Assembly (NCBI GenBank): GCA_045614385.1
Contig: JAZLCS010000113.1
Location: 4,159 to 68,158, forward strand
From: Acutalibacteraceae bacterium
GTDB taxonomy: Bacteria; Bacillota; Clostridia; Oscillospirales; Acutalibacteraceae
Direction: 5' to 3'
DNA length: 64,000 nucleotides
Shown here: piece after piece, positions 29,135 to 39,896 of the stretch
How positions within the stretch are numbered: position 1 is the stretch's first letter
How the letters are laid out: each line of letters begins with the position of its first letter
Notes under the pieces: generated by a model
What the model was told of the DNA's origin: nothing
What the model saw: the letters and a program-made list of their open reading frames with translations, nothing else
Database searches by the model: none
Made by a program: the position numbers and the translations under genes

Positions 29135-29998
29135 TTATTTATTCTCCGTTGCTGCTTTTTTCTTTTTCATTTTGGTCTTATAGCTCATGAGAGCCTTGAG
29201 AGAGGCTTCGGGAGTTGAATATTCGCCGACACTTATCGCGGATTTGGAATACATGCCCTTGAAATCGGTGCCGCCGACAGTGAGAAGGCCGTTTGTCTTG
29301 GCAAGAGCGAGAAGCTTTTGCTCCAGCTCAGCATCGTTTACGGGGTTCCATACCTCAACGCCGTCAAGTCCGCAGGGAATGAGTTCTTCAATGAGTTCAA
29401 GGTTGTCAAGGCTTCCCGGGTGAGCCAAAACGGCAATGCCGCCTGCTTCGTGAACGGCTTCGATAACCTCGGCAGGCTCGGGATACGCAACCTTAACAAG
29501 AACGTTTTCGGGGCTTTCGGGAGAGAAAAGCTCATAATAGAGGTCGCCGTATATTTTATCTGTCATGCCGCATTCGAGAAGCGCGTGCATGATATGCTGC
29601 TCAAAAACTGCCGTTGAACCCGTTGCACACTTGAGAACAAGCTCGGGAGTTATCGGATATTTGCGGGCGATTTTCAAAGTCATCAGCTGGCTCGCCTTTT
29701 TTCTTGCAACAATATTTCTGTGGCAAAGGCCCTCAAGCCTGTCCGGGCTGTCGCTCAGATAACAGATTATTTCAACATATTTGTCTCTCTTGGAGTCGTA
29801 AGCGGAGATTTCAACGCCCGGAATAACGGTTATACCGCGGCGTTCACCGATTATTTTACCCCTGACGGTGCCTGCCTGGCAGTCGCGGTCGGTTATGGCA
29901 ATTGTTGTTATTCCGCGCTTCTGGGCGAGCACAATGAGGTCGTCAATACCCATTGAACTGTCAGAAAGCTTGGTGTGGCAATGCAAATCTGCTGACAT
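29135..29998 (-). CDS. PHP-domain (TrpH-like) protein with degenerate metal ligands
   Basis: DLHCHT, PGVEIS, LAHP and GLDGVEV. Confidence 0.88.
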   Translation of the reverse strand: MSADLHCHTKLSDSSMGIDDLIVLAQKRGITTIAITDRDCQAGTVRGKIIGERRGITVIPGVEISAYDSKRDKYVEIICYLSDSPDRLEGLCHRNIVARKKASQLMTLKIARKYPITPELVLKCATGSTAVFEQHIMHALLECGMTDKIYGDLYYELFSPESPENVLVKVAYPEPAEVIEAVHEAGGIAVLAHPGSLDNLELIEELIPCGLDGVEVWNPVNDAELEQKLLALAKTNGLLTVGGTDFKGMYSKSAISVGEYSTPEASLKALMSYKTKMKKKKAATENK

Positions 29999-30148
29999 AA
30001 TCTTAACCTCTTTCAAAAAATCGCAAAAGTAGCTCAATATACTACAATTATATACCATTTATTAACTTTGTGCAAGCGTTTTTTGAAGTTAAGGCTTTAA
30101 AAAAATTTATAATGTGTTATAATAATTCAAACGGAAAAGAGGGATATT

Positions 30149-31186
30149 ATGAAAAAAATTGCAATCGGACTCAGCGGAGGGGTGGACAGCGCAACCGCCG
30201 CGCATCTTCTGCTTGAGCAGGGATATGACGTTGTCGGTGTTATTCTGCGCCTGAAGCCCGGAGAGCTTGCCGACGGCGACATTGCCGATGCCGAAAGAAT
30301 CGCAAATCATCTCGGCATAGAGCTTCGCGTGCTTGACCGCAGAGATGTTTTTAAAAAATCCGTTATCGAACCCTTTGTTTCCGAATATCTTGTCGCAAGA
30401 ACGCCGAACCCCTGCATTGAATGCAATGAAAAAATTAAATTTGGCGCAATGCTTGACTATGCGCTTGAAATCGGCTGCGATGCCGTTGCAACAGGGCACT
30501 ATGCCGCAATTGAAAACAAAGACGGCAGATTTTTGCTTAAACGTTCGCAAAGCGCAAAAGACCAGAGTTATTTTTTATACAGGCTCAGTCAGTTTCAGCT
30601 TTCTCATGCGGTTTTTCCGCTGGAGGGGCTTGAAAAACCGCAAATCCGCGAAACGGCTGAGAAAGCCGGGCTGCCGGTTGCCGAAAAAGGCGACAGCCAG
30701 GAAATCTGTTTTGTTCCGAATGATGACTATATTTCTTATCTTGCTTCGCTCGGTGTCAGTTCGCCAAAGGGAAATTTTGTTGATATAAACGGCAATGTTC
30801 TCGGCACGCACGAAGGAATAATAAACTACACAATCGGTCAGCGCAAGGGACTGGGCGCATTCGGCAAGCCGATGTTTGTAACGGGCATTTCCGCCGAAAA
30901 CAACACGGTTACCATCGGCGAAAACGGCAGCCAGTACAGCCGCGGACTTATCGCTGACAGAATGAATTATATTGCTTTTGATTCACTTGAAGCGCCGATA
31001 AGAGCGCAGGTTAAAATCCGTTTCCGCGCAAAACCCGAAACGGCGCTGATAACACCGAATACAGACGGAACGGCAACAATGATTTTTGACGAGCCGCAGC
31101 GTTCCGTAACTCCGGGACAAAGCGCGGTTATTTATGACGGCGATATTGTTATCGGCGGCGGCAGGATAATTGCTTCGCAACGATAA
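30149..31186 (+). CDS. mnmA: tRNA 2-thiouridine synthase
   Basis: SGGVDS, TPNPCIECN, KDQSYFL, SQEICF and TIGQRKG. Confidence 0.96.
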   Translation: MKKIAIGLSGGVDSATAAHLLLEQGYDVVGVILRLKPGELADGDIADAERIANHLGIELRVLDRRDVFKKSVIEPFVSEYLVARTPNPCIECNEKIKFGAMLDYALEIGCDAVATGHYAAIENKDGRFLLKRSQSAKDQSYFLYRLSQFQLSHAVFPLEGLEKPQIRETAEKAGLPVAEKGDSQEICFVPNDDYISYLASLGVSSPKGNFVDINGNVLGTHEGIINYTIGQRKGLGAFGKPMFVTGISAENNTVTIGENGSQYSRGLIADRMNYIAFDSLEAPIRAQVKIRFRAKPETALITPNTDGTATMIFDEPQRSVTPGQSAVIYDGDIVIGGGRIIASQR

Positions 31187-31187
31187 T

Positions 31188-32111
31188 TCAAAAAACCGTT
31201 TCAATAATTTTATCGCTTTCGGAGGGTGAATAAGTCCATGTGTTGATATGACCTTCTTTGATAAAATATTTCAGCGGTTCAACGGGATAATTTGCATCAA
31301 ATGAATCGACGATAATCAGTTTTATTTTCATTTTTGAGGGAATTATGCTTTTGATATAAACGCTCGCGTGGCTGCTCGGTTCAATGCCTTCGGAAAACTC
31401 CGCAAGCCCTGCAAGATTGGGCGAAAGCTCAACGAATATGCCGTATTTTTCAACCGAGCGGACTATTCCGGGAACAGTTTCGCCAACGGAAAACAGCTCC
31501 GAATTTTCTTCCCATGTTCCGAGCAGTTCCTTATGGCTGAGAGTGATTCTTCCGCTTTCGTCGATGCTGCGCACAACGGCAAAGATGTTTTGCCCCGGAG
31601 AAAATCTTGCGCTTGGATGAGGAATGCGGGAAACGGAAATGCTGTCAATCGGCATAAGTGCGCTCAGACCTGCGCCGATGTCGCAGAAAACGCCGAAGCC
31701 TTCAATGTGTGAAACCGTGGCGGGTATAACGTCGCCGGGTTTAAGAGACGAAATATAGCTTTGGGTGCAGTCATGCTGAACCTTTCGGCGGCTGAGAAGG
31801 GCAAGAGTTTCTCCGCTGCTGTCGGAGCGGAAGCCCGTAACAACAAACGAAACCGGCTTGTTAACTCTTGAAATGAGTGCAATGTCGCGCACTGTGCCCT
31901 CTTCAATGCCGACCGCGCCTTCGCTTCTGGGGATTATCCCTTTCATGCAGCCCAGGTCAACATGCAGATTGTGCTCGCTGTCGCAGCGTGTTACCCTGCC
32001 TTCAAGCACGGCTTCGGAATAAAATGCGTCGCGCAGAGAAAACTTGCTTGAAAGATACTTTTTGTTTTCTTCGGTTGATATTATCTGACCCTCGGGTTTA
32101 AAAATTTTCAT
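31188..32111 (-). CDS. S1 RNA-binding repeat protein
   Basis: Three S1-like domains (FGVFCDIG, YGIFVEL). Confidence 0.85.
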   Translation of the reverse strand: MKIFKPEGQIISTEENKKYLSSKFSLRDAFYSEAVLEGRVTRCDSEHNLHVDLGCMKGIIPRSEGAVGIEEGTVRDIALISRVNKPVSFVVTGFRSDSSGETLALLSRRKVQHDCTQSYISSLKPGDVIPATVSHIEGFGVFCDIGAGLSALMPIDSISVSRIPHPSARFSPGQNIFAVVRSIDESGRITLSHKELLGTWEENSELFSVGETVPGIVRSVEKYGIFVELSPNLAGLAEFSEGIEPSSHASVYIKSIIPSKMKIKLIIVDSFDANYPVEPLKYFIKEGHINTWTYSPSESDKIIETVF

Positions 32112-32293
32112 TTCTGACCACCATTCCGCCGCTTTGGCTGATTTATATACAACAAAAATATATGGCTGAAAACATGAGATAATTCCAAAAAAATTTATGT
32201 CTGCCGTATACTTTCGACAGACTATATGATATAATTAATTTTATAATGTATTTGCATATTACATATTATTACCGGAAAAGCGGAGAGATATTT

Positions 32294-32482
32294 ATGGATG
32301 TAAGAGTCGGTGACACTCTTCTTATGAAAAAAAAGCATCCCTGCGGCGGCGAGCATTTTGCGGTGCTTCGCATCGGCGCGGATTTTCGCATAAGGTGCAT
32401 TAAATGCGGCAGAGAAGTGATGCTTGAAAGAGTTAAGGTTGAAAAAAACATAAAAAAAATAATCCGTGAGGATTCTGAATAA
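32294..32482 (+). CDS. DUF951 family protein
   Basis: MKKKHPCG..RIGADFRIRC..CGR. Confidence 0.88.
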   Translation: MDVRVGDTLLMKKKHPCGGEHFAVLRIGADFRIRCIKCGREVMLERVKVEKNIKKIIREDSE

Positions 32483-32494
32483 TTCGGAGGCACT

Positions 32495-33562
32495 ATGCTT
32501 GATAAGTTAATCAAAGTTGAAGAGCGTTTTGAGGATATCAACAAAAGCCTTTGCGAGAGCGATGTTGTTGCCGATATCGGCAGATATAAAAAGCTTATGC
32601 AGGAGCTTAAGGTTTTAACCCCGATTGTTGAAAAATACCGCCAGCTTAAGGCGGCGCAGGAAACCCGCGCGGAAGCGAGAGAAATGCTTGATGCGGGCGG
32701 CCTTGAAAAGGATTTCCGAGAAATGGTTCAGGAGGAATATGACGAAGCGGGCGCAAACATCGAGGTTTTTCAGGAAGAATTAAAGGTTCTTCTTTTGCCC
32801 CGTGACCCCAATGACGACAAGAACGTTATTGTTGAAATCCGCGGCGGTGCGGGCGGCGAAGAGGCGTCTCTTTTTGCAGGCGTGCTTTACAGAATGTATT
32901 CAATGTATGCCGAAACAAAGGGCTGGAAGTCGGAAATTCTTAATTCCAACCCCACCGAGCTCGGCGGTTTCAAGGAAATCAGCTTCATGATTGAGGGCGA
33001 GGGCGCATATTCACGCTTCAAGTTTGAAAGCGGTGTTCACAGAGTTCAGCGAGTTCCCGAAACCGAAAGTCAGGGCAGAATCCATACTTCTACCGTAACT
33101 GTTGCCGTTCTCCCCGAAGCGGAGGAGGTTGACATTGAGATTAACCCCGCTGATTTGCAGATTGACACCTACCGCTCAGGCGGCGCAGGCGGTCAGCATG
33201 TTAACAAAACCGAAAGCGCAATTCGCATAACCCACTTGCCGACAGGCACGGTTGTTGAATGTCAGGATGAGCGAAGCCAGCATAAAAATAAGGACAGAGC
33301 GATGAAAATTCTGCGTTCAAAAATCCTTGAAGCCGAGCAGGCAAAGCAGCACGATGCCATTGCGGGCGAGCGCAGAGCACAGGTTGGCACGGGTGACAGA
33401 AGCGAAAGAATAAGAACCTATAACTATCCGCAGGGAAGGGTCAGCGACCACAGAATAAATCTCACTCTTTACAGAATAGAAGCCATTCTCAACGGAGATA
33501 TTGACGAAATCGTTGATGCGCTTGTAACTGCCGATACGGCGGAGAAACTGAAGAATGAATAA
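32495..33562 (+). CDS. prfA: peptide chain release factor 1
   Basis: PET (PxT) motif, GGQ and [11 protein letters not shown]. Confidence 0.96.
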   Translation: MLDKLIKVEERFEDINKSLCESDVVADIGRYKKLMQELKVLTPIVEKYRQLKAAQETRAEAREMLDAGGLEKDFREMVQEEYDEAGANIEVFQEELKVLLLPRDPNDDKNVIVEIRGGAGGEEASLFAGVLYRMYSMYAETKGWKSEILNSNPTELGGFKEISFMIEGEGAYSRFKFESGVHRVQRVPETESQGRIHTSTVTVAVLPEAEEVDIEINPADLQIDTYRSGGAGGQHVNKTESAIRITHLPTGTVVECQDERSQHKNKDRAMKILRSKILEAEQAKQHDAIAGERRAQVGTGDRSERIRTYNYPQGRVSDHRINLTLYRIEAILNGDIDEIVDALVTADTAEKLKNE

Positions 33563-33680
33563 TAAAAAGTGAAGAATGAAAAAGTAAGGCTGGGTTGCGC
33601 GTATGACCGTTATACTCGAGAGAGGACAACGCCCACCGGAAATTATTCATTTTTAATTTTTCATTAAAAAAGGAACAACA

Positions 33681-35267
33681 ATGGAAACACTTCATCTCAA
33701 ATCAAACGATAACAATGCAATAAAAACCGCTGCCGAAATTCTTAAAAACGGCGGTCTTGTTGCCATACCTACCGAAACGGTTTACGGGCTTGCGGCAAAC
33801 GCGCTTGACGGCGATGCAGTTAAAAAAATATTTATCGCCAAGGGCAGACCGAACGATAATCCGTTGATTGTTCATGTGTCTTCTCTTGAAGAGATTGAGC
33901 CGCTTGTTGAAGGGGTTGACCCCAGACTCTATAAACTTGCAGAAAAATACTGGCCGGGTCCGTTAACAATAATTCTTAAAAAATCCGCTCTTATTCCCGA
34001 TGAAGTGAGTGCGGGGCTTGACACAGTTGCAATCCGTATGCCTTCTCACGAATGTGCGAGGCAGATAATTTCCGAGTCGGGAGTTCCGCTTGCCGCGCCC
34101 AGCGCAAACGCTTCGGGCAGACCCAGCCCAACAAGGGCGGAGCATGTTATCGAGGACCTTGACGGAAGAATTGATGCGGTTGTTGACGGCGGCGAAAGCG
34201 ATGTCGGGGTTGAGTCAACCGTTATTACTCTTGTAACCGACCCGCCCACCCTTCTCAGACCGGGCGGAATAACTCCGGAACAGCTTGAGGCGGTTTTGGG
34301 AGAAATCGCAATTTCTCCCGCGGTTTTTGCGAAGCTCGGAGAGGGCGAAAAGGCGGAATCGCCCGGCATGAAATATAAACACTATGCCCCGAAAGCGCAG
34401 GTAACGATTATAAAGGGCAGCTTTGAGCAATATAAAAAATTCCTGCTTGCCCAGAAAGACACGGTTTGTGCCGTTTGCTTTGAAGGCGAAGGACGGCATT
34501 TTGAAAAACATATTGAATACGGCAGAGAAAACGATGATGATTCACAGGCGCACAGCATTTTTGATGCTCTGCGTGAGGTTGACGCAATGGGCTGTAAAAG
34601 AGCTTTTGTGCGTTGTCCCGTTTCAAGCGGTGTGGGTCTTGCGGTTTATAACAGACTGCTGCGCTCCGCGGCATTCAGAGTGGTTGACCTTGATATAAAA
34701 ATACCCGTAATCGGTCTGACGGGTCAGACGGGGGCGGGCAAAACCACCGTTGCATCGATGCTCAAAGAAAAAGGATATGCAATAATAGACACCGACAAGC
34801 TTGCAAGAGAAGCGGTTGAAAACGCCGAGGTTTTGCAGATGCTTTGTGACGAATTCGGCGGGGATATTATAAAAGACAGAGCGCTTGATCGTCGCGAGCT
34901 TGCAAGGCGTGCTTTTGCTTCTCCCGAAGGTGTTTGTGCGCTCAATGCAATAACTCACCCCGAGATAACGCGCCTTGCTGTGGAACTGATACATGAAGCG
35001 GAGAAAAGCGGCGCAAAAGCTGCGGTTATCGATGCTGCATTGCTTTTTGACAGCTGTATGACTGCGCTTTGCGAAAAGACCGTCAGTGTTGTTGCGCACG
35101 AGAACGTAAGACTTGAAAGAATCATGAAACGCGACGGGATTTCGCCTGAAGATGCAAAATTGCGTATCAATGCCCAGCCTTCTGTGGAATACTATATGGA
35201 AAAAGCGGATATTGTTATTAATAACAACCCGGGCGATGATTTGTTATCACAGCTTTTAAAGATTTAA
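33681..35267 (+). CDS. Sua5 threonylcarbamoyl-AMP synthase fused to dephospho-CoA kinase (CoaE)
   Basis: PTETVYGL, KGRPNDNPLI and PGMKYKHYAP, then IGLTGQTGAGKT, ITHP and DAALLF in one frame. Confidence 0.9.
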   Translation: METLHLKSNDNNAIKTAAEILKNGGLVAIPTETVYGLAANALDGDAVKKIFIAKGRPNDNPLIVHVSSLEEIEPLVEGVDPRLYKLAEKYWPGPLTIILKKSALIPDEVSAGLDTVAIRMPSHECARQIISESGVPLAAPSANASGRPSPTRAEHVIEDLDGRIDAVVDGGESDVGVESTVITLVTDPPTLLRPGGITPEQLEAVLGEIAISPAVFAKLGEGEKAESPGMKYKHYAPKAQVTIIKGSFEQYKKFLLAQKDTVCAVCFEGEGRHFEKHIEYGRENDDDSQAHSIFDALREVDAMGCKRAFVRCPVSSGVGLAVYNRLLRSAAFRVVDLDIKIPVIGLTGQTGAGKTTVASMLKEKGYAIIDTDKLAREAVENAEVLQMLCDEFGGDIIKDRALDRRELARRAFASPEGVCALNAITHPEITRLAVELIHEAEKSGAKAAVIDAALLFDSCMTALCEKTVSVVAHENVRLERIMKRDGISPEDAKLRINAQPSVEYYMEKADIVINNNPGDDLLSQLLKI

Positions 35268-35297
35268 CCCCGGCAAACGGTTTTGTGAGGATAATCC

Positions 35298-35855
35298 ATG
35301 ACACTGAAAGGCAAAATTAAAACGACAATACTCATATTAACGGCGGCTGCCGTTTTGTTCGGCGTGTTTTTTGTTTCGGCAAAAAGCGTTATGAAGCTGA
35401 TATATCCGATGAAATACACCGAATATGTTGAAAAATACAGCGCGGAATACGGAGTGGACAGAGAGCTGCTTTATGCGGTTATCAAAACGGAAAGCTCTTT
35501 TAATCCCGATGCCGTTTCCGATGCCGATGCCGTCGGGCTGACTCAGATAACCCCCGAAACGTTTGAGTGGCTTCAAACAAAACTGGGCGAACAAGGGGAA
35601 ACGCTTTCTCTGCATGACCCCGAAACATCTGTTAAATACGGCGCGTTTTTTCTCAGCTATCTGCTTGATGAATTCGGCAACACCGACACCGCTCTTGCCG
35701 CTTATCATGCGGGAAGAGGCAGAGTCAACGGCTGGCTGGAGGATAAAAGCGTTTCTCCCGGCGGAAAGACGCTTGAGAATATTCCGATTGCCGAAACGGC
35801 ACATTATGTTAAAAAGGTTAATAAAGCTTTAAATGCTTATAATAAATTGTATTAA
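35298..35855 (+). CDS. SLT-domain lytic transglycosylase
   Basis: IKTESSF, GLTQI, AAYHAG and ET..YV. Confidence 0.92.
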   Translation: MTLKGKIKTTILILTAAAVLFGVFFVSAKSVMKLIYPMKYTEYVEKYSAEYGVDRELLYAVIKTESSFNPDAVSDADAVGLTQITPETFEWLQTKLGEQGETLSLHDPETSVKYGAFFLSYLLDEFGNTDTALAAYHAGRGRVNGWLEDKSVSPGGKTLENIPIAETAHYVKKVNKALNAYNKLY

Positions 35856-35873
35856 TACAAAAGGATGGTTATA

Positions 35874-37274
35874 ATGAGCGAAAAAACACAGGTTGAAATA
35901 CTGAAGGAGGAGCTTTTTTATTCTCCCGAGCATGCTGCTTACACCTGCGAAGAAGGCGAAATTGAAAAAGCCGATGCATTCTGTGAGGGCTATAAGGATT
36001 TTCTTGACAAATGCAAAACCGAGCGCGAGGCTGCGGCATATGTTATGGCTCTTGCAAAGGAAAAGGGATATGTTCCGTTTGATCCTAAGGCAAGCTACAA
36101 GGCGGGCGATAAAGTTTATGCCGATATCCGTTCAAAGGCATTGATTCTCTGCACCTTCGGCAAAGAAAGCCTTGAAAAGGGTGCAAAAATTGTTGCGTCT
36201 CATATCGATTCACCCCGTCTTGACCTTAAACCCAACCCGCTTTATGAGGATGCGGAGCTTGCGCTCTTTAAAACTCATTATTACGGCGGAATCAAGAAAT
36301 ATCAGTGGACTGCAATTCCTCTGGCGCTTCACGGCGTTATTTACCGCCGCGATGGCAGTTGCGTGAATGTGTGCCTTGGCGAGGATGACAACGACCCGAA
36401 ATTTGTTGTTACCGACCTTTTGCCCCATCTTGATAAAAAACAGGCAAACAGACCTCTCGGCGAAGCAATTGAGGGAGAAAATCTCAATATTCTTGTAGGA
36501 AGCCGTCCTTTCTGCGCTGATAAGGGCAGCGAAATGGTGAAGCTTAATATCATGAAGCTTCTCAATGAAAAATACGGCATTGTTGAGGCTGATTTTCTTT
36601 CTGCTGAGCTTGAAGCCGTTCCCGCGTTCAAGGCATCGGATATCGGATTTGACCGTAGCATGATTGGCTCTTACGGTCATGATGACCGTGTTTGCGCTTA
36701 TCCTTCGGTTATGGCTGAGTTTGACACGGTTATGCCTGAATTCACAAGCGTTACTGTTATTACGGACAAAGAGGAAATCGGTTCAGATGGTAACACCGGT
36801 CTCCATTCGGCTTTCCTCAAGCATTTTATTGCTGATATCGCAAAAACTCAGGGTCTTGAAGGCAGAGATGTTTTGCGCGCTTCTGAATGCCTTTCGGCAG
36901 ACGTTAACGCAGGCTTTGACCCGACTTATCCCTCGGTTCATGACAAGCTCAATGCCGCATTCCTCAACAAGGGCATTGTTGTCACTAAATACACCGGTTC
37001 AAGAGGCAAGAGCAGCACAAATGATGCAAATGCAGAATTCATGCTTAAAATCCGCAGCTTGTTTGACAGCGAAAAGGTTGCATGGCAGACAGGTGAACTC
37101 GGCAAGGTTGACGAAGGCGGCGGCGGAACAGTTGCAAAATATGTTGCCAATCTCGGCGTTGAGGTTGTTGACGTAGGCGTTCCCGTTCTTTCGATGCATG
37201 CACCGTTTGAGATCGTTTCAAAGCTCGATGTTTATATGGCTTACAAGGGTTTTAAGTCATTTTTAGCTCAATAA
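35874..37274 (+). CDS. M18 aminopeptidase
   Basis: HIDSP, YYGGIKKYQW, DDR, KEEIGS and SMHAP. Confidence 0.92.
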   Translation: MSEKTQVEILKEELFYSPEHAAYTCEEGEIEKADAFCEGYKDFLDKCKTEREAAAYVMALAKEKGYVPFDPKASYKAGDKVYADIRSKALILCTFGKESLEKGAKIVASHIDSPRLDLKPNPLYEDAELALFKTHYYGGIKKYQWTAIPLALHGVIYRRDGSCVNVCLGEDDNDPKFVVTDLLPHLDKKQANRPLGEAIEGENLNILVGSRPFCADKGSEMVKLNIMKLLNEKYGIVEADFLSAELEAVPAFKASDIGFDRSMIGSYGHDDRVCAYPSVMAEFDTVMPEFTSVTVITDKEEIGSDGNTGLHSAFLKHFIADIAKTQGLEGRDVLRASECLSADVNAGFDPTYPSVHDKLNAAFLNKGIVVTKYTGSRGKSSTNDANAEFMLKIRSLFDSEKVAWQTGELGKVDEGGGGTVAKYVANLGVEVVDVGVPVLSMHAPFEIVSKLDVYMAYKGFKSFLAQ

Positions 37275-37612
37275 CAGTCAATTTTGAACAAAAACAAGCA
37301 AAAACGTCTTTTATTTACAGTTTGTTCACAATTCTACAACAAAAACAAAGTAAATATGCAATATTATACAAGCAGATAAGGTTTTTGTGCTTTATCTGCT
37401 TGTTTATGACAACTTCTTTTTTCATTTTTATTTTCTCTTTCCCCAATGCACTGCCAGATGCTGCACACATTTGGCAGTGCACTCCTTTTTAGGCGTATTT
37501 ATTCCGACAAAGGCGGATTTTTGTATACTTGAACAAATTTACAGATTATGATACAATAAATACAGTCAGAAAAACGGATAATATGGGATAAAAGAAAAAA
37601 CGAGGGAGAACA

Positions 37613-38200
37613 ATGCAAAAAGACACAAAAAAACTGATTTATGAGACGTTTATTGAGCTTCTCGGCAGTAAACCGTTTGACAAAATTACCATCAGAGACA
37701 TTGTTGAAACCTGCGGAATAAACCGTAATACTTTTTATTATTATTACAGCGATATTTATGACCTGCTTGAAGAGATTTTCACAAAAGAGCTTAATGAGAT
37801 TCTCGAGGCTCACCGAAGCGGCAGTTCATGGGCAATGGCATTTATCAAGGTTTCAAACACGGTCTATGAGCACAAAAAAATGATTAACAACATCTGCTCT
37901 TCACGTAGCTATGACTATCTTGAAAATTATATGTATAAAGCATGTAAACACATTATGATTGATGTCGTTAAGCATTCCGCAGAGGGAATGAACGTTCCCG
38001 AGGAAGATATAGAATTTATAGCATCATTCTATGAATATGGATTTGTCGGTATTATCTCTGAGTGGTTCAGAACAGGAATGAGAGAAGACCCTCTGCATTT
38101 TGCAAATCAGCTTTGGCTTGTGCTTGATAATATTAAATTTGCGCTCAGAAGAAGCCAGAAGCGCATGAGAAACAGAATTGAAAATGAAGATTTTATTTGA
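37613..38200 (+). CDS. TetR/AcrR family regulator
   Basis: ITIRDIVETCGINRNTFYYYY. Confidence 0.92.
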   Translation: MQKDTKKLIYETFIELLGSKPFDKITIRDIVETCGINRNTFYYYYSDIYDLLEEIFTKELNEILEAHRSGSSWAMAFIKVSNTVYEHKKMINNICSSRSYDYLENYMYKACKHIMIDVVKHSAEGMNVPEEDIEFIASFYEYGFVGIISEWFRTGMREDPLHFANQLWLVLDNIKFALRRSQKRMRNRIENEDFI

Positions 38201-38828
38201 GGATAAATTTTTAGCCGTCTGCCTCAAGCCCGCAGGCATTCTCAGCCAGAGCGGCGAGGGCAAAAACATGATATCTTTGCTCAATGAGCATTTTGAGCAA
38301 AGCGGCGAAAATGCGCAGGCTTTTCCCGTTCACAGGCTGGACAGAGAAACGGCGGGGGTTATGGTTTATGCAAAAACAGCAAAAGCAGCCGCGGTGCTTT
38401 CAAAGCAGGCAGAGCAGAACCAAATTAAAAAAAGATATTATGCCGTTGTAAAGGGTGTTCCCGAAGAAAAAAACGGTGTCCTTAAGGATTTGCTTTTCAG
38501 GGATAAGCAAAAAAATAAAACATATGTGGTTAAACGCGATAGAAAAGGCGTTCGCGAAGCCTCGCTTGAATATGAGGTTGTCGGCGAAAACGAAGGGTTT
38601 TCTTTGCTCGATATTCTGCTTCACACCGGCAGAACCCATCAGATAAGGGTTCAGTTTTCAAGCAGAAAAATGCCTCTTTACGGCGACGGAAGATACGGCG
38701 GCGGCAGCGGTAATCTTGCACTGTTTGCCCATACGCTGGAGTTTGGTCATCCCGTCAGCGGCGAAAGGCTTAGTTTTTCGCTCAAGCCGGATATCGGCTC
38801 AGAGCCGTGGAACAAGTTCGGATTGTAA
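38184..38828 (+). CDS. RluA-family pseudouridine synthase
   Basis: KPAG, HRLDRETAG, TGRTHQIR and GD..YG. Confidence 0.93.
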   Translation: MKILFEDKFLAVCLKPAGILSQSGEGKNMISLLNEHFEQSGENAQAFPVHRLDRETAGVMVYAKTAKAAAVLSKQAEQNQIKKRYYAVVKGVPEEKNGVLKDLLFRDKQKNKTYVVKRDRKGVREASLEYEVVGENEGFSLLDILLHTGRTHQIRVQFSSRKMPLYGDGRYGGGSGNLALFAHTLEFGHPVSGERLSFSLKPDIGSEPWNKFGL

Positions 38829-38860
38829 ACATATAAAAAATAATCAGATAATTACACATA

Positions 38861-38895
38861 AAATGCACCCCAAATGTTAAATTTGGGGTGCATTT
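38861..38895. terminator. palindrome / terminator between convergent genes
   Basis: aaatgcaccccaaat-gttaa-atttggggtgcattt. Confidence 0.7.
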
Positions 38896-38912
38896 CGGTT
38901 TGTTGAATATAT

Positions 38913-39896
38913 TTATTTGTTTTCTTTAAGCCATTTGGCTGTATCTGCAAAAGATTCTTTCAGGTCTCTCGGCTCAAAACCGAGCTCTCTTCTGGCCTTC
39001 TGATTTGAAAAATTGAAGTTTTCCAACGTTTTTCTCATCGAATACTCATTTACCATCGGCGGAAGCTTTGCAATCTCGCATAACTTCTCGAGAACGGGAA
39101 GCATTTTGAAGACCGTCTTTTTCTTTACGGAAAATTTAGGCGGTTTTTTGCCGCAAGCTTCATTAAGAACCGTCATATAGTCATGATTGGTTATCAAATC
39201 GCCGCAAAGAAGATAACATTCACCGTTGCCGCCTTTTTCTGCTGCTGCGACCATACCTTTGGCGACATCTCTTACGTCAACAAAGTTGCAGGTGCCGAAA
39301 TCAAAAGTAAGGGGCATTAAACCTTTTGACGCCATTTTAACAACAGAGCACATGCTGGAGGTTCCGTTGTTATCATAAGGTCCGATACAAGTGCTCGGAT
39401 GAACAACGCACACCTTGAGATTGTCGCCGGCGTTGTCAAGAACATACTGAGTTGCGGTTGCTTTCGACTTAGCATATGTACCCTCAAGCAAATCGGGGTC
39501 GAAATGTGATATTTCAGTAAGCAAGTCGGTTCCTACCATGGGAATCGCATCTATCGACGAAACATAAACAAGCGTTTTTACTCCGACCTTTTTGCATGCC
39601 TCAACAACCATTTTTGTTCCTTCAACATTAACTTTCCAGACAAGGTCATCCTTTGTTCCGCTTATATCAACAACGCCTGCAATGTGGTATACAACCTCTG
39701 CACCGTCGAAAGTTTTTTCAAGAGTCTGCATATCACAAACATCTCCGAAAACCTTTTCGCACTTGATTCCGTCAAAAACAGGGCTGTCACTTCGAAGAAG
39801 AAGACGGATGTTTTCCCCCCTGCTTTCAAGTTCTTTGACCAAGGCAAATCCGACATGACCTTTTCCGCCGGTTACAGCACTGATTTTATTACTCAA
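38913..39896 (-). CDS. NAD-dependent epimerase/dehydratase (extended SDR)
   Basis: VTGGKGHVG, YxxxK (YAKSK) and VDVRDVA; start uncertain. Confidence 0.9.
   Translation of the reverse strand: MSNKISAVTGGKGHVGFALVKELESRGENIRLLLRSDSPVFDGIKCEKVFGDVCDMQTLEKTFDGAEVVYHIAGVVDISGTKDDLVWKVNVEGTKMVVEACKKVGVKTLVYVSSIDAIPMVGTDLLTEISHFDPDLLEGTYAKSKATATQYVLDNAGDNLKVCVVHPSTCIGPYDNNGTSSMCSVVKMASKGLMPLTFDFGTCNFVDVRDVAKGMVAAAEKGGNGECYLLCGDLITNHDYMTVLNEACGKKPPKFSVKKKTVFKMLPVLEKLCEIAKLPPMVNEYSMRKTLENFNFSNQKARRELGFEPRDLKESFADTAKWLKENK

Noticed and set aside
38861-38895. IS3-family end remnant
   Set aside because: Resembles IS-end-derived palindromes, but there is no transposase or target duplication; a terminator between convergent genes explains it
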